From positions 1,824,001-1,888,000 of the forward strand of contig OY970194.1 in the NCBI GenBank assembly GCA_963708075.1: 64,000 nucleotides of DNA. Reading direction: 5' to 3'. The notes under the pieces are model-generated. The model saw only the letters and a program-made list of their open reading frames with translations. It was not told where the DNA came from and ran no database searches. This DNA is from Sedimentisphaerales bacterium (GTDB lineage: Bacteria > Planctomycetota > Phycisphaerae > Sedimentisphaerales > Anaerobacaceae). This document shows, one piece after another, positions 9,627 through 20,538 of this stretch. Each line of letters begins with the position of its first letter. Positions within the stretch are counted from its first letter, which is position 1. The translations under genes were made by a program, and so were the position numbers.

Positions 9627-9765
9627 AAGTTGTGAATTGTACGCGATGGCGGAGCCCAAGGCAATCGTTGCCGGAACTCGATACTTGCGGTCTCTAATTT
9701 CGGGCATAGAATGGTGTTTGGACATCTGTACATTCGCGCACGCTGATCTGAAGGAGTCAACGGGC

Positions 9766-10242
9766 ATGGCGGAGCAAGGTAAATACGTCTACGATTGGCC
9801 ACGGCCAATGGTTACGGCGGATGCGGCGGTCTTTGCATTTTTCGACGGCAAGCCCCGGCTGCTGCTAATCCAGCGGAAACGTGAACCCTTCCAAGATCGC
9901 TGGGCGTTGCCGGGCGGATTCGTCGAGATCGAGGAAGACCTGCCCGAGGCGGTAGCCCGCGAGCTTGCGGAGGAGACGGGGCTGACGGGTGTCCCCCTGG
10001 AGCAGCTTCGCACGTTTGGCAAGCCCGGCCGCGACCCGCGAGGACGCACGATCACAGTCGCCTACTTCGGCATCGCCGGAAAAAACCCGGAACAAGTCAA
10101 AGCCGCCGATGATGCCGCCAATGTCCAGTGGTTCGATATCGAGCACCTGCCCGCCCTGGCCTTCGACCACAATGAAATCGCCCGCTATGCCATCGAGAGA
10201 CTGAAGCAGACGCCGGAGTACCGAAAGCATGTGCGCCGGTAA
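9766..10242 (+). CDS. NUDIX hydrolase
   Basis: WALPGGFVEIEEDLPEAVARELAEETG Nudix box, RDPRGR, LAFDH; AAGGAG SD. Confidence 0.93.
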   Translation: MAEQGKYVYDWPRPMVTADAAVFAFFDGKPRLLLIQRKREPFQDRWALPGGFVEIEEDLPEAVARELAEETGLTGVPLEQLRTFGKPGRDPRGRTITVAYFGIAGKNPEQVKAADDAANVQWFDIEHLPALAFDHNEIARYAIERLKQTPEYRKHVRR

Positions 10243-10280
10243 ACAGCCTGGGCCTGTACGACTCGCAGCACAAATGCGCG

Positions 10281-12206
10281 TTAGGGCTTGGGCTCGTTCA
10301 ACTGCTGATTGAAGTGCGCCAACTGGGCTTCGATGGAGCTGAGGGCCCAGTCGATGTAGTGGAGGTTGTGGGCCGGGCGGCGGTGACGCTCGTGCATAAG
10401 TCCCTGGCGGACGACATCGAGAAATCGGCTGATGGTCTGCCGGCCGATTTCCGTGGGCCGGGCCGCCCATTCCTTCAGTTCCTGGTAGTCGCGGGCCAGT
10501 CGCGGATCGGCCTGCATCTGCTCGGGCCGCAGGTAATCGCCCGGATTGAAACCCAACTGCAGCCCCTTGAGGCACAGGATCAGGGGCTCATAGTTCGTGC
10601 TCTTCTCCAGCCGAATGAACTTGTACTGCTGAATGTGTGTGGTGGCCTGGGCGGGTGGCCTGTCGCCGATGTCATCGCCGCCGAGATACCAGTTGCGCCG
10701 GCTGGTCCGGGCAAAGACCAACTCCTCATCGGTGGTGACCTGCGTGATCTCCCCCTGGCACAGGCGCGAGATCCAGATCCCATGCGGCCCGGGCGCTGGG
10801 CCTCCGCCGAGCGCCAGCAGGCATTTGACGAAGCCCAGAGGCAGCACCCGCTGTTCGTCGATCTGGTTTCTGCGCAACTGGAATGACAAGTGCAGGCTAT
10901 GGGGACGGACCTGGAAGAACGCGACCAACTGATTGATCAATTGGCTCAGGAGCCACGGGTCGGCAGTGGCCGGCCGCGACAGCTCGCCCGCCACGCTGAG
11001 CCGGCCCGGAGCGATCTCGAAGAACCCGCGCCGGCGGGGACGGTCCGTGTACCCGCTGTGGTCGTCAATGTAGCCGCCCAATTTCCAGCACAGCACGTCC
11101 AGGTGAAAATCATAGAAGTACCGGAAGCCGTCATAGACCGGATCCACGGCCTTCGTCGCGCTTCGCAGAGGCTCGACGGCGCCGGCGCCGACGTTGCTCA
11201 GCTCCAGCTCGCAGCCCAGCGGAACCAGTCCGGGTTGCAGGTTGGATCGAATCCGGTTCAAATGATCCTCGATCACCCGGCGTTCGAAGATGCTCTTCGA
11301 TGCCCGGACCGCGTATTTCACATAATCGATCAGATCGTGCTTTTCAAACGGCATGGCGTCGAGACCTTTCTGGATAATAGGCTCGACAATAGCGCGATTC
11401 GTGTTGATCATCTGCAGGGCCGCCAGCAGGCTGATCGTGCGGGCGAAGTACCGCTGACTGACCCGCATATGCTCCAGCTCGAACCGGTAGCGGCCCTGGA
11501 TCTGCTCGTCGAACTGATTGAGCAGCACCTGCGCGACGACCATGGCCAGGTAGTTGCGAACGTAGGGCGGGGCCTCGGGCTCCTCGTACAGGTGCTTGAT
11601 GCTGGGCCGGGGCCGATCCAGCTCGTGCTCGAGGCAGTAATCGCTGATGGCATCGCGACGATAATGGGTCATGACGAGATCTCGCTCGGTGGTCGCGAGC
11701 AGCTCGCGATCCGCCTGGCGCTCGATCTCGGCGTCGGGCGTGCGCTCGCCCGGACGGGTGCGCTTCTTCAGGAACCTGTTGATTCGCTTGCGAAGCCACA
11801 GCTCGTGAATGAGATTGACGTGGAAGCGATCGCCGAAGTGCTTTCGCATCGACTCCGCCGTGACCAGGTACGCTTGCGCTTCCACGAGCCCATGCGAGGT
11901 GTGGACTCGAACCGTGTCTCTGTCGTAGCGTTTGCCCTCGTAGCGATCGATCTCGGCCATGGCGGCCGACGAAACATCGTGGATGACGAGTCCCTCGATC
12001 CTCGACGCCGGGGCCTCTACAGCGTAGAAATAGACGTTGTCCGGACTGACCCTGCGGTAATGCGGCAGAAACGCCGGCTCGGCGAAGAGCGTCCTGCTGT
12101 CGAGCCGTGACGGCCTGCGGGTGAACGCGAAGCCGCTGACCGACTGAAAAATCCGACTGTCGCGAAGCGAGCCGTAGACGAACAGATTGACCCTCTGGTT
12201 CAGCAT
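10281..12206 (-). CDS. Gamma-glutamylcyclotransferase (AIG2-like) domain fused to a large C-terminal domain, possibly a COOH-NH2 ligase
   Basis: N-terminal LFVYGSL...IDRYEG; C-terminal LGCELELSN, FFEIAPG and HSLHLS motifs. Confidence 0.75.
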   Translation of the reverse strand: MLNQRVNLFVYGSLRDSRIFQSVSGFAFTRRPSRLDSRTLFAEPAFLPHYRRVSPDNVYFYAVEAPASRIEGLVIHDVSSAAMAEIDRYEGKRYDRDTVRVHTSHGLVEAQAYLVTAESMRKHFGDRFHVNLIHELWLRKRINRFLKKRTRPGERTPDAEIERQADRELLATTERDLVMTHYRRDAISDYCLEHELDRPRPSIKHLYEEPEAPPYVRNYLAMVVAQVLLNQFDEQIQGRYRFELEHMRVSQRYFARTISLLAALQMINTNRAIVEPIIQKGLDAMPFEKHDLIDYVKYAVRASKSIFERRVIEDHLNRIRSNLQPGLVPLGCELELSNVGAGAVEPLRSATKAVDPVYDGFRYFYDFHLDVLCWKLGGYIDDHSGYTDRPRRRGFFEIAPGRLSVAGELSRPATADPWLLSQLINQLVAFFQVRPHSLHLSFQLRRNQIDEQRVLPLGFVKCLLALGGGPAPGPHGIWISRLCQGEITQVTTDEELVFARTSRRNWYLGGDDIGDRPPAQATTHIQQYKFIRLEKSTNYEPLILCLKGLQLGFNPGDYLRPEQMQADPRLARDYQELKEWAARPTEIGRQTISRFLDVVRQGLMHERHRRPAHNLHYIDWALSSIEAQLAHFNQQLNEPKP

Positions 12207-12208
12207 GG

Positions 12209-12940
12209 CTACTGCCCGGCCAGGATACGTTTTCGCAGTTTCAAGAGCTCGCGGAAGGCACGGACGATGACCCTGGGATTGGCGCCGGTCTGCCTCCCGG
12301 CCGTTCGCGGGTAGTGGTGCACACCCCTCTGCGTCACCTTGTAGCCCTTTCGCACGGCACGCGCCAGGATCTCCGTGGAGATCAGCGCCCCTGTGCTGTC
12401 CATCCGGATATCGTCGAAAATCGCCCGCCTGTAGAGCTTGAAAGCGCAATCCACGTCGCGGACCTTCAGTGAGAAGGCGAACCGGACCAGCGTTGTCCAG
12501 GCCCAGCCGTTGAACTTGCGGATCAGATTGTCCTGCCGATTCATCCGATAGCAACTGACGATGTCGTACTGGTTCATCAGGGGCAGCAAGGGCGGCATCT
12601 CGGCGAGGTCGAACTGGCCGTCGCCATCCGTGTAGAAGACAAACTCCTTGGCGGCCGCGCGGAACCCGGACTGCAGGGCCGCGCCGTACCCAAGGTTGTG
12701 AGGATGATGGATCGCCCGCACCCGGCCATGGCCGGCCGCGACTTCGTCCGCGATCTGCCCCGTGGCGTCGGAGCTGCCATCGTCCACAACGAGAATCTCG
12801 TAATCGGCCCTGAGCTTCTCCAAGACGTCGATCGCCTGCTCCACAACGCGGCGGACATTGCCCTGCTCGTTGTAACAAGGGAAGAAAACGGTGATCGAAA
12901 TGGGATGCGCCGGATCGGCCGGCCCGTGCTTTTCAGCCAT
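12209..12940 (-). CDS. Glycosyltransferase family 2 (DPM1/polyprenol-phosphate type)
   Basis: FPCYNE, VDDGSSD, NLGYGAA, TDGDGQ, DVDCAFKL. Confidence 0.93.
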   Translation of the reverse strand: MAEKHGPADPAHPISITVFFPCYNEQGNVRRVVEQAIDVLEKLRADYEILVVDDGSSDATGQIADEVAAGHGRVRAIHHPHNLGYGAALQSGFRAAAKEFVFYTDGDGQFDLAEMPPLLPLMNQYDIVSCYRMNRQDNLIRKFNGWAWTTLVRFAFSLKVRDVDCAFKLYRRAIFDDIRMDSTGALISTEILARAVRKGYKVTQRGVHHYPRTAGRQTGANPRVIVRAFRELLKLRKRILAGQ

Positions 12941-12943
12941 GCA

Positions 12944-15656
12944 TCACCACCTCTTCTTTGTCGAAAGCCTGTCCCTCTCTCGCTCGTACATCTGGCACGT
13001 GTTCCTGTGCGCCTGGGCCGCGTGGGCATCACCCCGGGCCCTCGCCACCTGCTCCAGCCGCAACAGCACCAGCCGGCCTGCTTCCAGCCGAAGATTGTAG
13101 CCATTCTGCTGCGCGTAGGTCTTCTGATTCTTCGCAAAATCCTCCGCGTACTGCGTGCATACCTGATCGATGCGTGCCACGAGCTCCGGATATCGCCCCG
13201 CGATCAGGAGCATCTCAATCACGGCGGCCGGCGAAGGCGTCTCGTTGAACGCTTTGACAATCAGTTCGAGGCCCTTTTTCCGCTGCGCGGGGTCCGCCAG
13301 CAACAAGAGATTGTGCCCCAGGGCCATGTCGCCCGAGTACGGATCCGGATACGCGGTCTGCCCGGTGAATATGCCCTCGTAGAGTCTCCTGCCCTGCGGT
13401 GTCTCGATATCGACGAAGAGCTTCTGCTTGTCGTCGAGGTAGACGACGGGCCACTCCGTATTCTTATGTTCCAGGCCCCTGACGAATGGCTTGTCAAACT
13501 GATTAGCGGGCATCAGGACGACCCAGACATTCTCTGCGCGGAGCTGCTCGCTGATCCAGTTGCCGATCTCGATGTAATCCTTTGTGGTCAGTTCCTGGCC
13601 AGTGGTGACCGCCCGTCGGACGGTGGGCCCGCCGGACATGATCTGGGTCCACAGGTCGAACGCCTTTACGTTATACGCCGCCTGCGCTCGGCCATCCATG
13701 AACAACTGCAGCGGAGTGCGCCCGGTGTTGGGGTCGGGTTCTTCGCCCCAGGCGATGAAGCCGCCCTCGGTCCAGTAGTTGAACATCTTGCCGCGCAATT
13801 GATTCATGCAGATAAACTGGGAAGCGGCGAACGGTTTGGCATCCGACGCCGTCATCCGCATGAACACCGATGCCAGCGTGGGATCGGCCGGCCAGGGATC
13901 GACGTACACATATTTGAATTGGAGACCCCACCACAGGCCAATGAACGCGACGAGCCCCGTCCCGAGGAAGGTAAGGAATGCACGTGCCCAGTCAGCCATG
14001 CGTGGGACTTCGAGCCGTTTCGACGGATCGGACACGACGACCGCGGCGATACCTCGGATCATCTGATCGGCCAACCAGGCCAGGATGGGACAGGCGGCAA
14101 ACGCGGCAATCGGGATGAACCGCCGTGACCGGATGGCCATGTAGATCGTCATCGCGGCGAGGACCAGCATAGCCAAGTCCACTTTCGGCCATGCATAGGG
14201 CTCCTCCTGGACCTTGACTCGCTTCCTGGCGGACTGATCCTTTCTGCGGGATATCCACACGAAAAGGACCACCCAGCCAACAAGGAGCAGCCAACCGAGG
14301 AGATACATCACCAGGAACGGTACCGCCGTGCCGACGGGGTTTTCCCAATCGAAGGCCCGGTGCCACTCGTGCACGTCCCGCCATCGCTCCGCATGTTTGC
14401 TGACGGAGATCTCGAACGTGTGGGTCAGGTTCGTCAGGTGGAACGGGTTGAAGATAACCATCGCCACAAAGGCGACGGCGCTGCGCCAATCGTGTGGAGG
14501 ATCGCCCGCGGCGGCATCACGTGCACGATCTTCTCCCGCAGGGGAACGACAACCGCACCGAGGAGCATGGCAAACGTGAAGACGCCCAGGTAGGAAAGCC
14601 GTGCCAGCCCGAAATCGACCAGCAGAACATCTTTCTCGCGGCTATTGAGATTGATCGGCATCGGCGGGAAGAATCGCGTCAGAAACAGCAAGAACAGGAT
14701 GCACGCCACGGCCGCGTGGAAACCAATGAGTCCGCCGTCGCTGATCTGCCTGCTTCGCGTCAGTGCAAGACTGCCTGCGACGGCCAGCAACAGCAGGTAA
14801 AAGGCCCAGTCGTGTGAGACGGCGACGGGCTTGAGGTACTCGTGGTGGAGGAATCGATTGGCCATGCCGAAGAGGGCCAGCCACATCAGGATGCTGTAAG
14901 CGGCGATCGTCCATCGCTTCGGCAGGTTCATGATCGCGTGCCAGACCACGAACGGCACGAGCATGAGAAACGCATAGATGTAACCGCCGTGGACGTTGGA
15001 CCAGAAAACCACCAGGGGCACGAGGAGCCAGATATACAGCTTGTTCCTGTAGCTGGCCAGCGCGAGCACCAGCGTGAAGACAGCAACCAGTAGATTTGAG
15101 AATCCGGCCGGACGGACGTCGTAGAACGATCTGCCGATGAACAACGCGAAACACACGAAGACCACCGCCACCGACCGGTTCACGCCATAGATTCGCGTCG
15201 TGAAGTACAGGCATACGGCGGCCAGAATGTAGATGGCGAACTTCCACAGGACAAGGGCATCGAAATACGGCTGTTGCTCGGAGCCCAGCGTGGTCGTGAG
15301 CCAGTAGAACATGACGTGCGTCAGCCAGTTTTGGTTGACCCAGCCGGTCGGATGCCAATAGCGGACGGTATCCAAGCCCACCGTATTCGTGATTGCCTGC
15401 GCCCATTTCGGCCAGGTTTTCACTTCTTCGGCCGTCGGCCCGGCCTTGTGCGAGTTGGCGCTGAATGGCTCGACGGTATCGACGCCGTGGTTGACGAAAT
15501 GCCGCCCGCAGGCCATCGCCACCCATGTATCACCGGCGGCGACCATATGCGTACAAGAGTGCAGCGCAAAAATCACCATCGCCGTCCAGCCGATAATCAT
15601 CGGCCAGCCGGCGAATGCCCCCCGGCTCTCAGGTCCGAGAAGAAGTCCCTCAGCAT
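12944..15656 (-). CDS. Large polytopic membrane protein, GT-C-like with helical C-terminus; apparent frameshifts near 14480 and 15620
   Basis: DTWVAMACGRH, NQNWL, DVRP, WSNVHGG, FNPF, EW and FMDGRA motifs; many TM helices. ORFs 14434..15600 and 12944..14467 join with one added base; the ATG at 15656 needs one more base in the 6-C run at 15618-15623. Confidence 0.7.
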
Positions 15657-15911
15657 TATCTGCCTGTTTCAGCTCGATGCGAAAACCTCAGGTTATCCAG
15701 CAACAAAGGATGCGACAAAAATACGCCTTTCCTCCTATATCGTCAAGAATATCCTTTTTGTTCAGCAGTACCCGCGATTGAAGGCAGATTGCCGCTACTG
15801 TTCCCTACTATGACGTTCAGGAAGCCCATCTGTATCGCTGGGTGCCAGCGGACCAACGGTTTCTTCCCGATACTGGCCGCGGAGCAGGCCGACGAATTGG
15901 AATGACGGAGA

Positions 15912-17351
15912 TCAGGATTCAGGCTCCGTCGTTTCCGAGGGCAAATCGCCGCCCCCGCCTAACGCAGCGTAAAGCCTCACCTGATTGGCGAGTCTGGCCA
16001 GACGCAGGGAAACGAGCCCCTGCTGGGCTGCATACAGAGAGCGTTGCGCGTCGAGAACGCTCAGGTAGCTGTCAATCCCCCTATCGTAACGGATAGTAGA
16101 CAGGCGGTAGGTTTCCGCAACCGCGTGGACCAGGGACTCCTGTGCCGATACCTGCTGGTCCACGGTCCCATGCACGGCCAAGGCGTCGGCCACTTCCCGG
16201 AAGGCATTTTGAATCGCGCCCTCGTATTGGGTCAGGGCAATTTCCCTCTGCACTTTCGTGACCTTAAGCGCGAGCCATGCGCGAGTATCGAAGATCGGCA
16301 TCGCCGCCTGCGGCGCATAGCTCCAGGTGCCCGAGCCGGATTCGAAGAGTCCCGACAGTTCACTGCTTGCGGTGCCGACTGCGGCGGTCAGGGAAATGCG
16401 GGGGAACAACGTTGCACGGGCGGCGCCGATGTCGGCATAGGCGGCTCTGAGCAGACTCTCGGCCGCGAGAACATCGGGCCGGCGCAGGAGCACCTCGGAC
16501 GATACGCCCGGAGAGATTTCTTCGGGAGAGGCAACGTCGTTCAACCCGGTTGGCAGTAACTCGCCCGGTGCCGAAGCGCCAAGCAGAAGGTTCAGTGCGT
16601 TCTCATCCTGCGCCACCAGTTGTACAAACCTGGCGACATCTCCGCGGGCGGTGTCCACCTGCGTCTGGGCGCGATAGAGATCCAGTTCGGGCGCCAGTCC
16701 GAGGTCATAGCTCCGCTTGACCAGATTGTAGGCGCCCTGCTGGTTCACCAGAGTGGTTTCGGCCAGGGACAGGCCCTCGTGATCGGCAGCAAGGACTAGA
16801 TACGCATTGGCGACGGAAGAGACAAGCAGAATCTGCGCACTGCGTCGCCCCTCCTCCGTGGCCAGATACTCCTCCAGAGCTCGCCGTTCCAAGTTGCGGA
16901 TGCGTCCGAAGAAGTCGAGTTCCCAGGAGAAGACGCCAAGATTGACACTGTATTGTTCCACGGTCGCGCGTTTTCCCGTGGCCGAGAGATCGGCGGGCAC
17001 GCGCTGCCTGATCCCGCCGGCAGTGGCATCGACCGTGGGCAACAGCTCGGCTCGCTGGATGCCGTACAGTGCCCGGGCCCGCTCCACATTCAGGGCGGCC
17101 AGCCGCAGGTCACGATTATTCGTCAACGCCAGCTCGATGAGCCCCTGAAGCTTCTCGTCGGAGAAGAACTCCTGCCATGCCAGTTCCGGGGCTTGCGTAG
17201 CATCCGTCGCGGTCTGGGGCTCGCGGTAAGCCTCACCGCGTGGCCATTCGGCCGGCACCGGAGCCTCGGGCTGAGCGTACCTCGGAGCCAGATTACAGCC
17301 GGCCAGGAGGATGGCAATTCCAGGCACTAAGAGAGAGATGCTCTTGTTCAT
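15912..17351 (-). CDS. RND efflux outer-membrane lipoprotein (OprM/NodT family)
   Basis: Lipobox LAGC, NNRDLR, WELDFFG, RRPDV, FREVADAL, LYAALGGG. Confidence 0.95.
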   Translation of the reverse strand: MNKSISLLVPGIAILLAGCNLAPRYAQPEAPVPAEWPRGEAYREPQTATDATQAPELAWQEFFSDEKLQGLIELALTNNRDLRLAALNVERARALYGIQRAELLPTVDATAGGIRQRVPADLSATGKRATVEQYSVNLGVFSWELDFFGRIRNLERRALEEYLATEEGRRSAQILLVSSVANAYLVLAADHEGLSLAETTLVNQQGAYNLVKRSYDLGLAPELDLYRAQTQVDTARGDVARFVQLVAQDENALNLLLGASAPGELLPTGLNDVASPEEISPGVSSEVLLRRPDVLAAESLLRAAYADIGAARATLFPRISLTAAVGTASSELSGLFESGSGTWSYAPQAAMPIFDTRAWLALKVTKVQREIALTQYEGAIQNAFREVADALAVHGTVDQQVSAQESLVHAVAETYRLSTIRYDRGIDSYLSVLDAQRSLYAAQQGLVSLRLARLANQVRLYAALGGGGDLPSETTEPES

Positions 17352-17352
17352 G

Positions 17353-20300
17353 TTATGGATTCCCAGATGGATTTGGCTCGGCGATCTCAGCCGCTTGTTG
17401 GCGGTTGCGCTTGCCAAGGGTCTTTTGGATCAACACATAGAACAGTGGTGCAAATAGGGTCACCAGGAACGTTGAGGTGATCACGCCGCCCAACACCGCA
17501 GTGCCGATGGCCTTTTGCGCGCCTGCGCCCGCCCCGTTGGCAAAGGCCAGCGGCAGAACGCCGAATCCGAAGGCCAGTGAGGTCATGACGATGGGACGCA
17601 GTCGCAGCTTTGCCCCTTCCAGAGTCGCCTCGATCAGACCCATTCCCTGCTCCACCCGCGCCTTGGCGAACTGGACGATCAGGATGGCGTTCTTGGTCGT
17701 CAAGCCCAGAGTCGTCAGCAGTCCGATCTGGAAGTAGACATCGTTGGGCAATCCGCGGAGAGTTGAGCCGATCACGCCGCCAATGGCTCCCAAAGGCAGG
17801 GCCAGAAGGATGGAGATCGGGATGGGCCAGCTCTCATAGAGAGCGGCCAGGCACAGGAAGATCACCAGGATGGAAAAGGCGTACAGCGGAGCTGCCTGAG
17901 CGCCGGCTTGCCGCTCCTGGTAGGATAGTCCTGTCCAGTCAAAGCCGACTCCCTGCGGCAGGTTCTTCACGAATCCTTCCATGGCCTGCATGGCTTCACC
18001 GGAACTTCGGCCCGGGGCCGACTCGCCCAGGACGTTGATCGAAGGAAATCCGTTGTACCGCTCCAGCTTGGGAGAGCCGGAACTCCAGTGACCGGAGGCA
18101 AAGGAAGAAAAAGGAGCCATCTTGCCCGCATTGTTGCGCACGTAGAGCTTTTCCAGATCGTTGGGCAGCATGCGATACGGTGCATCTGCCTGGACGTACA
18201 CCCTCTTGACCCGTCCGCCCTGAATGAAGTCATTGACGTACGCGCTGCCGAAGGCCGCTGAGATAGTGTTGTGAATCGAGGTGATCGGCAGGCCCAGGGC
18301 CCCGGCCTTCTCCCAGTCCACGTCAATGCGATACTGCGGCACGTCTTCCAGACCGTTGGGACGGACCTTGGCCAGTACGCGGTCCTGCATCGCCATGCCG
18401 AGGAGCTGGTTACGGGCTGCCATGAGATCAGCGTGGCCCAAGCCCCCGCGGTCCAGCAGTTGAAAATCAAATCCCTTGGCGGTACCGAGTTCAAGGACAG
18501 CCGGCGGCGCGAAGGCAAACACCATGGCGTTACGGATCTGGGAGAACGCCCCCATAGCCCTTGCGGCGACCGCGCCGACCTTCAGGTCCGGCCGTTCGCG
18601 AAGCTTCCAGTCCTTGAGCTTGACAAACGACATGCCCGCGTTCTGTCCCCGTCCGGAGAAATTGAAGCCGGAGACGGTCATGCACGATGCCACCGCATCC
18701 TTCTCTCCCTCCAGAAAATGGTTCTTCACCTGCTCCATGATCTTCTCAGTCTGCTCCAGCGTCGAGTTCGGCGGAAGCAGAACCTGCACCATGAGGATTC
18801 CCTGGTCTTCATCCGGAAGGTAAGCGGTAGGCATCTGCCGGAAGAGGTAGACCATTGCCCCCACGATCAGAACAAAGGCCAGCACGTAGCGGATTCTGTG
18901 GGCGAGCGACCGGCCGACCAATTTCAGATACTGATCTCTGGACCAGAAGAACAGGCGATCAAACCATCGAAAGAATGGCCGCAGGAGCCAAAAGCCCCCC
19001 TCGGCGGGCTCATGTCCCTTGGGTACCGGCTTAAGAAGCGATGCGCACAGCACCGGCGTCAGGATCAACGCCACCAGCACCGAAAGGAGCATCGAGGCGA
19101 TGATGGTCACGGAGAACTGGCGGTAGATGACGCCCGTGGACCCCTTGAAAAACGCCATCGGGCCGAAGACCGCCGACAGCACCAGCCCAATGCCGATCAG
19201 GGCGCTGGTGATCTGGTCCATGCTCTTACGCGTGGCCTCTTTGGGCGAGATGCCTTCCTCGCTCATGATCCGCTCGACGTTCTCCACCACGACGATGGCA
19301 TCGTCCACCAGAAGGCCGATAGCCAGCACCATGGCGAACATGGTCAGCATATTGATGGAGAAGCCGAGAATCCCCAGCACCGCAAAGGTTCCCAGGATCA
19401 CCACGGGCACCGCAATCGTCGGGATCAACGTGGCCCGCATGTTCCCCAGGAACAGATACATCACCAGGAACACCAGCAGGATCGCTTCCAGCAGAGTCTT
19501 GACGACCTCTTCGATGGCCACCTCGACAAAGGGCGTGGTGTCATAGGGATACACGATCCGCATGCCGGCGGGGAAGAACTCGCTCATCTCGTTCATCTTG
19601 GCCCGGATGGCATCGGCCGTATCCAGAGCATTGGCCCCGGCTGCCTGTCGGACCGCCAGGATGGCAGAGGGCTTGCCGTTATAGTAGGCCTGCATGTCAT
19701 AGAACTCGGTGCCCAATTCCGCCCGTCCCACGTCTTTGACCCGCACGATGGAGCCATTCGGATTGCTGCGGAGCGGGATTGAGGCGAATTCCTCGGGCGT
19801 CTTGAGCAGGCTTTGGACGATGATGGCCGCGTTGAGACGCTGGCCCGGCGCCGCAGGCATTCCGCCGAACTGGCCCGCGGATACCTCCACGTTGTAGGCC
19901 CTCATGGCCAAGATGACGTCTGCGACCGTCATCTGGTACTCGGTCAGCTTGTCGGGGTTTAGCCAGATGCGCATGGCGTACTGGCTGCCGAAAACCTCCA
20001 CCTCGCCTACCCCTGGCACTCGCGAAAGCACCTTCTCGATGTTGGATTGGGCATAGTCCCGCAAATCGTCGCCATTGAGGCTGGCGTCTTCCGAGATCAG
20101 GCCCACCATGAGCAGGTAGTTCCGGGTGGATTTGGACACCCTGATGCCTGATCGCTGCACCACCTCCGGCAGGCTGGCCATCGCGAGCTGGAGTTTGTTC
20201 TGCACCTGAGCCCACGCCAGGTCCGGATCGGTCCCCGGAGCAAAGGTCAACTCGACGCGTGCCGAGCCCGACGAATCGCTGTTCGCGGACAGGTACAGCA

Positions 20301-20526
20301 TCTTGTCAAAGCCGGTCATCTTCTGCTCGATGATCTGCGTGACGCTGTTTTCCACCGTCTCGGCCGAGGCCCCTGGATAGAAAGCGGTGATGGCGATGGA
20401 CGGCGGAGCGATAGGAGGATACTGCGATATGGGCAGCGTGAGGATTGCCAAGCCACCTGCAACCATCAGAATAATGGCGATGACCCAGGCGAAGACCGGA
20501 CGCTCCAGAAAGAATCTCGATAACAT
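17353..20526 (-). CDS. RND efflux permease (AcrB/MexB family)
   Basis: RPVFAWVIAI, GLLVDDAIVVVENVER, KNAILIV, RLRPIVMTS; 1057 aa. Confidence 0.97.
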   Translation of the reverse strand: MLSRFFLERPVFAWVIAIILMVAGGLAILTLPISQYPPIAPPSIAITAFYPGASAETVENSVTQIIEQKMTGFDKMLYLSANSDSSGSARVELTFAPGTDPDLAWAQVQNKLQLAMASLPEVVQRSGIRVSKSTRNYLLMVGLISEDASLNGDDLRDYAQSNIEKVLSRVPGVGEVEVFGSQYAMRIWLNPDKLTEYQMTVADVILAMRAYNVEVSAGQFGGMPAAPGQRLNAAIIVQSLLKTPEEFASIPLRSNPNGSIVRVKDVGRAELGTEFYDMQAYYNGKPSAILAVRQAAGANALDTADAIRAKMNEMSEFFPAGMRIVYPYDTTPFVEVAIEEVVKTLLEAILLVFLVMYLFLGNMRATLIPTIAVPVVILGTFAVLGILGFSINMLTMFAMVLAIGLLVDDAIVVVENVERIMSEEGISPKEATRKSMDQITSALIGIGLVLSAVFGPMAFFKGSTGVIYRQFSVTIIASMLLSVLVALILTPVLCASLLKPVPKGHEPAEGGFWLLRPFFRWFDRLFFWSRDQYLKLVGRSLAHRIRYVLAFVLIVGAMVYLFRQMPTAYLPDEDQGILMVQVLLPPNSTLEQTEKIMEQVKNHFLEGEKDAVASCMTVSGFNFSGRGQNAGMSFVKLKDWKLRERPDLKVGAVAARAMGAFSQIRNAMVFAFAPPAVLELGTAKGFDFQLLDRGGLGHADLMAARNQLLGMAMQDRVLAKVRPNGLEDVPQYRIDVDWEKAGALGLPITSIHNTISAAFGSAYVNDFIQGGRVKRVYVQADAPYRMLPNDLEKLYVRNNAGKMAPFSSFASGHWSSGSPKLERYNGFPSINVLGESAPGRSSGEAMQAMEGFVKNLPQGVGFDWTGLSYQERQAGAQAAPLYAFSILVIFLCLAALYESWPIPISILLALPLGAIGGVIGSTLRGLPNDVYFQIGLLTTLGLTTKNAILIVQFAKARVEQGMGLIEATLEGAKLRLRPIVMTSLAFGFGVLPLAFANGAGAGAQKAIGTAVLGGVITSTFLVTLFAPLFYVLIQKTLGKRNRQQAAEIAEPNPSGNP

Positions 20527-20538
20527 GGTGAGCCTCCG

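Noticed and set aside
12207..12878. N-terminal extension making the GGCT ORF 865 aa
   Set aside because: It overlaps the GT2 gene in another frame; the real start is ATG 12206.
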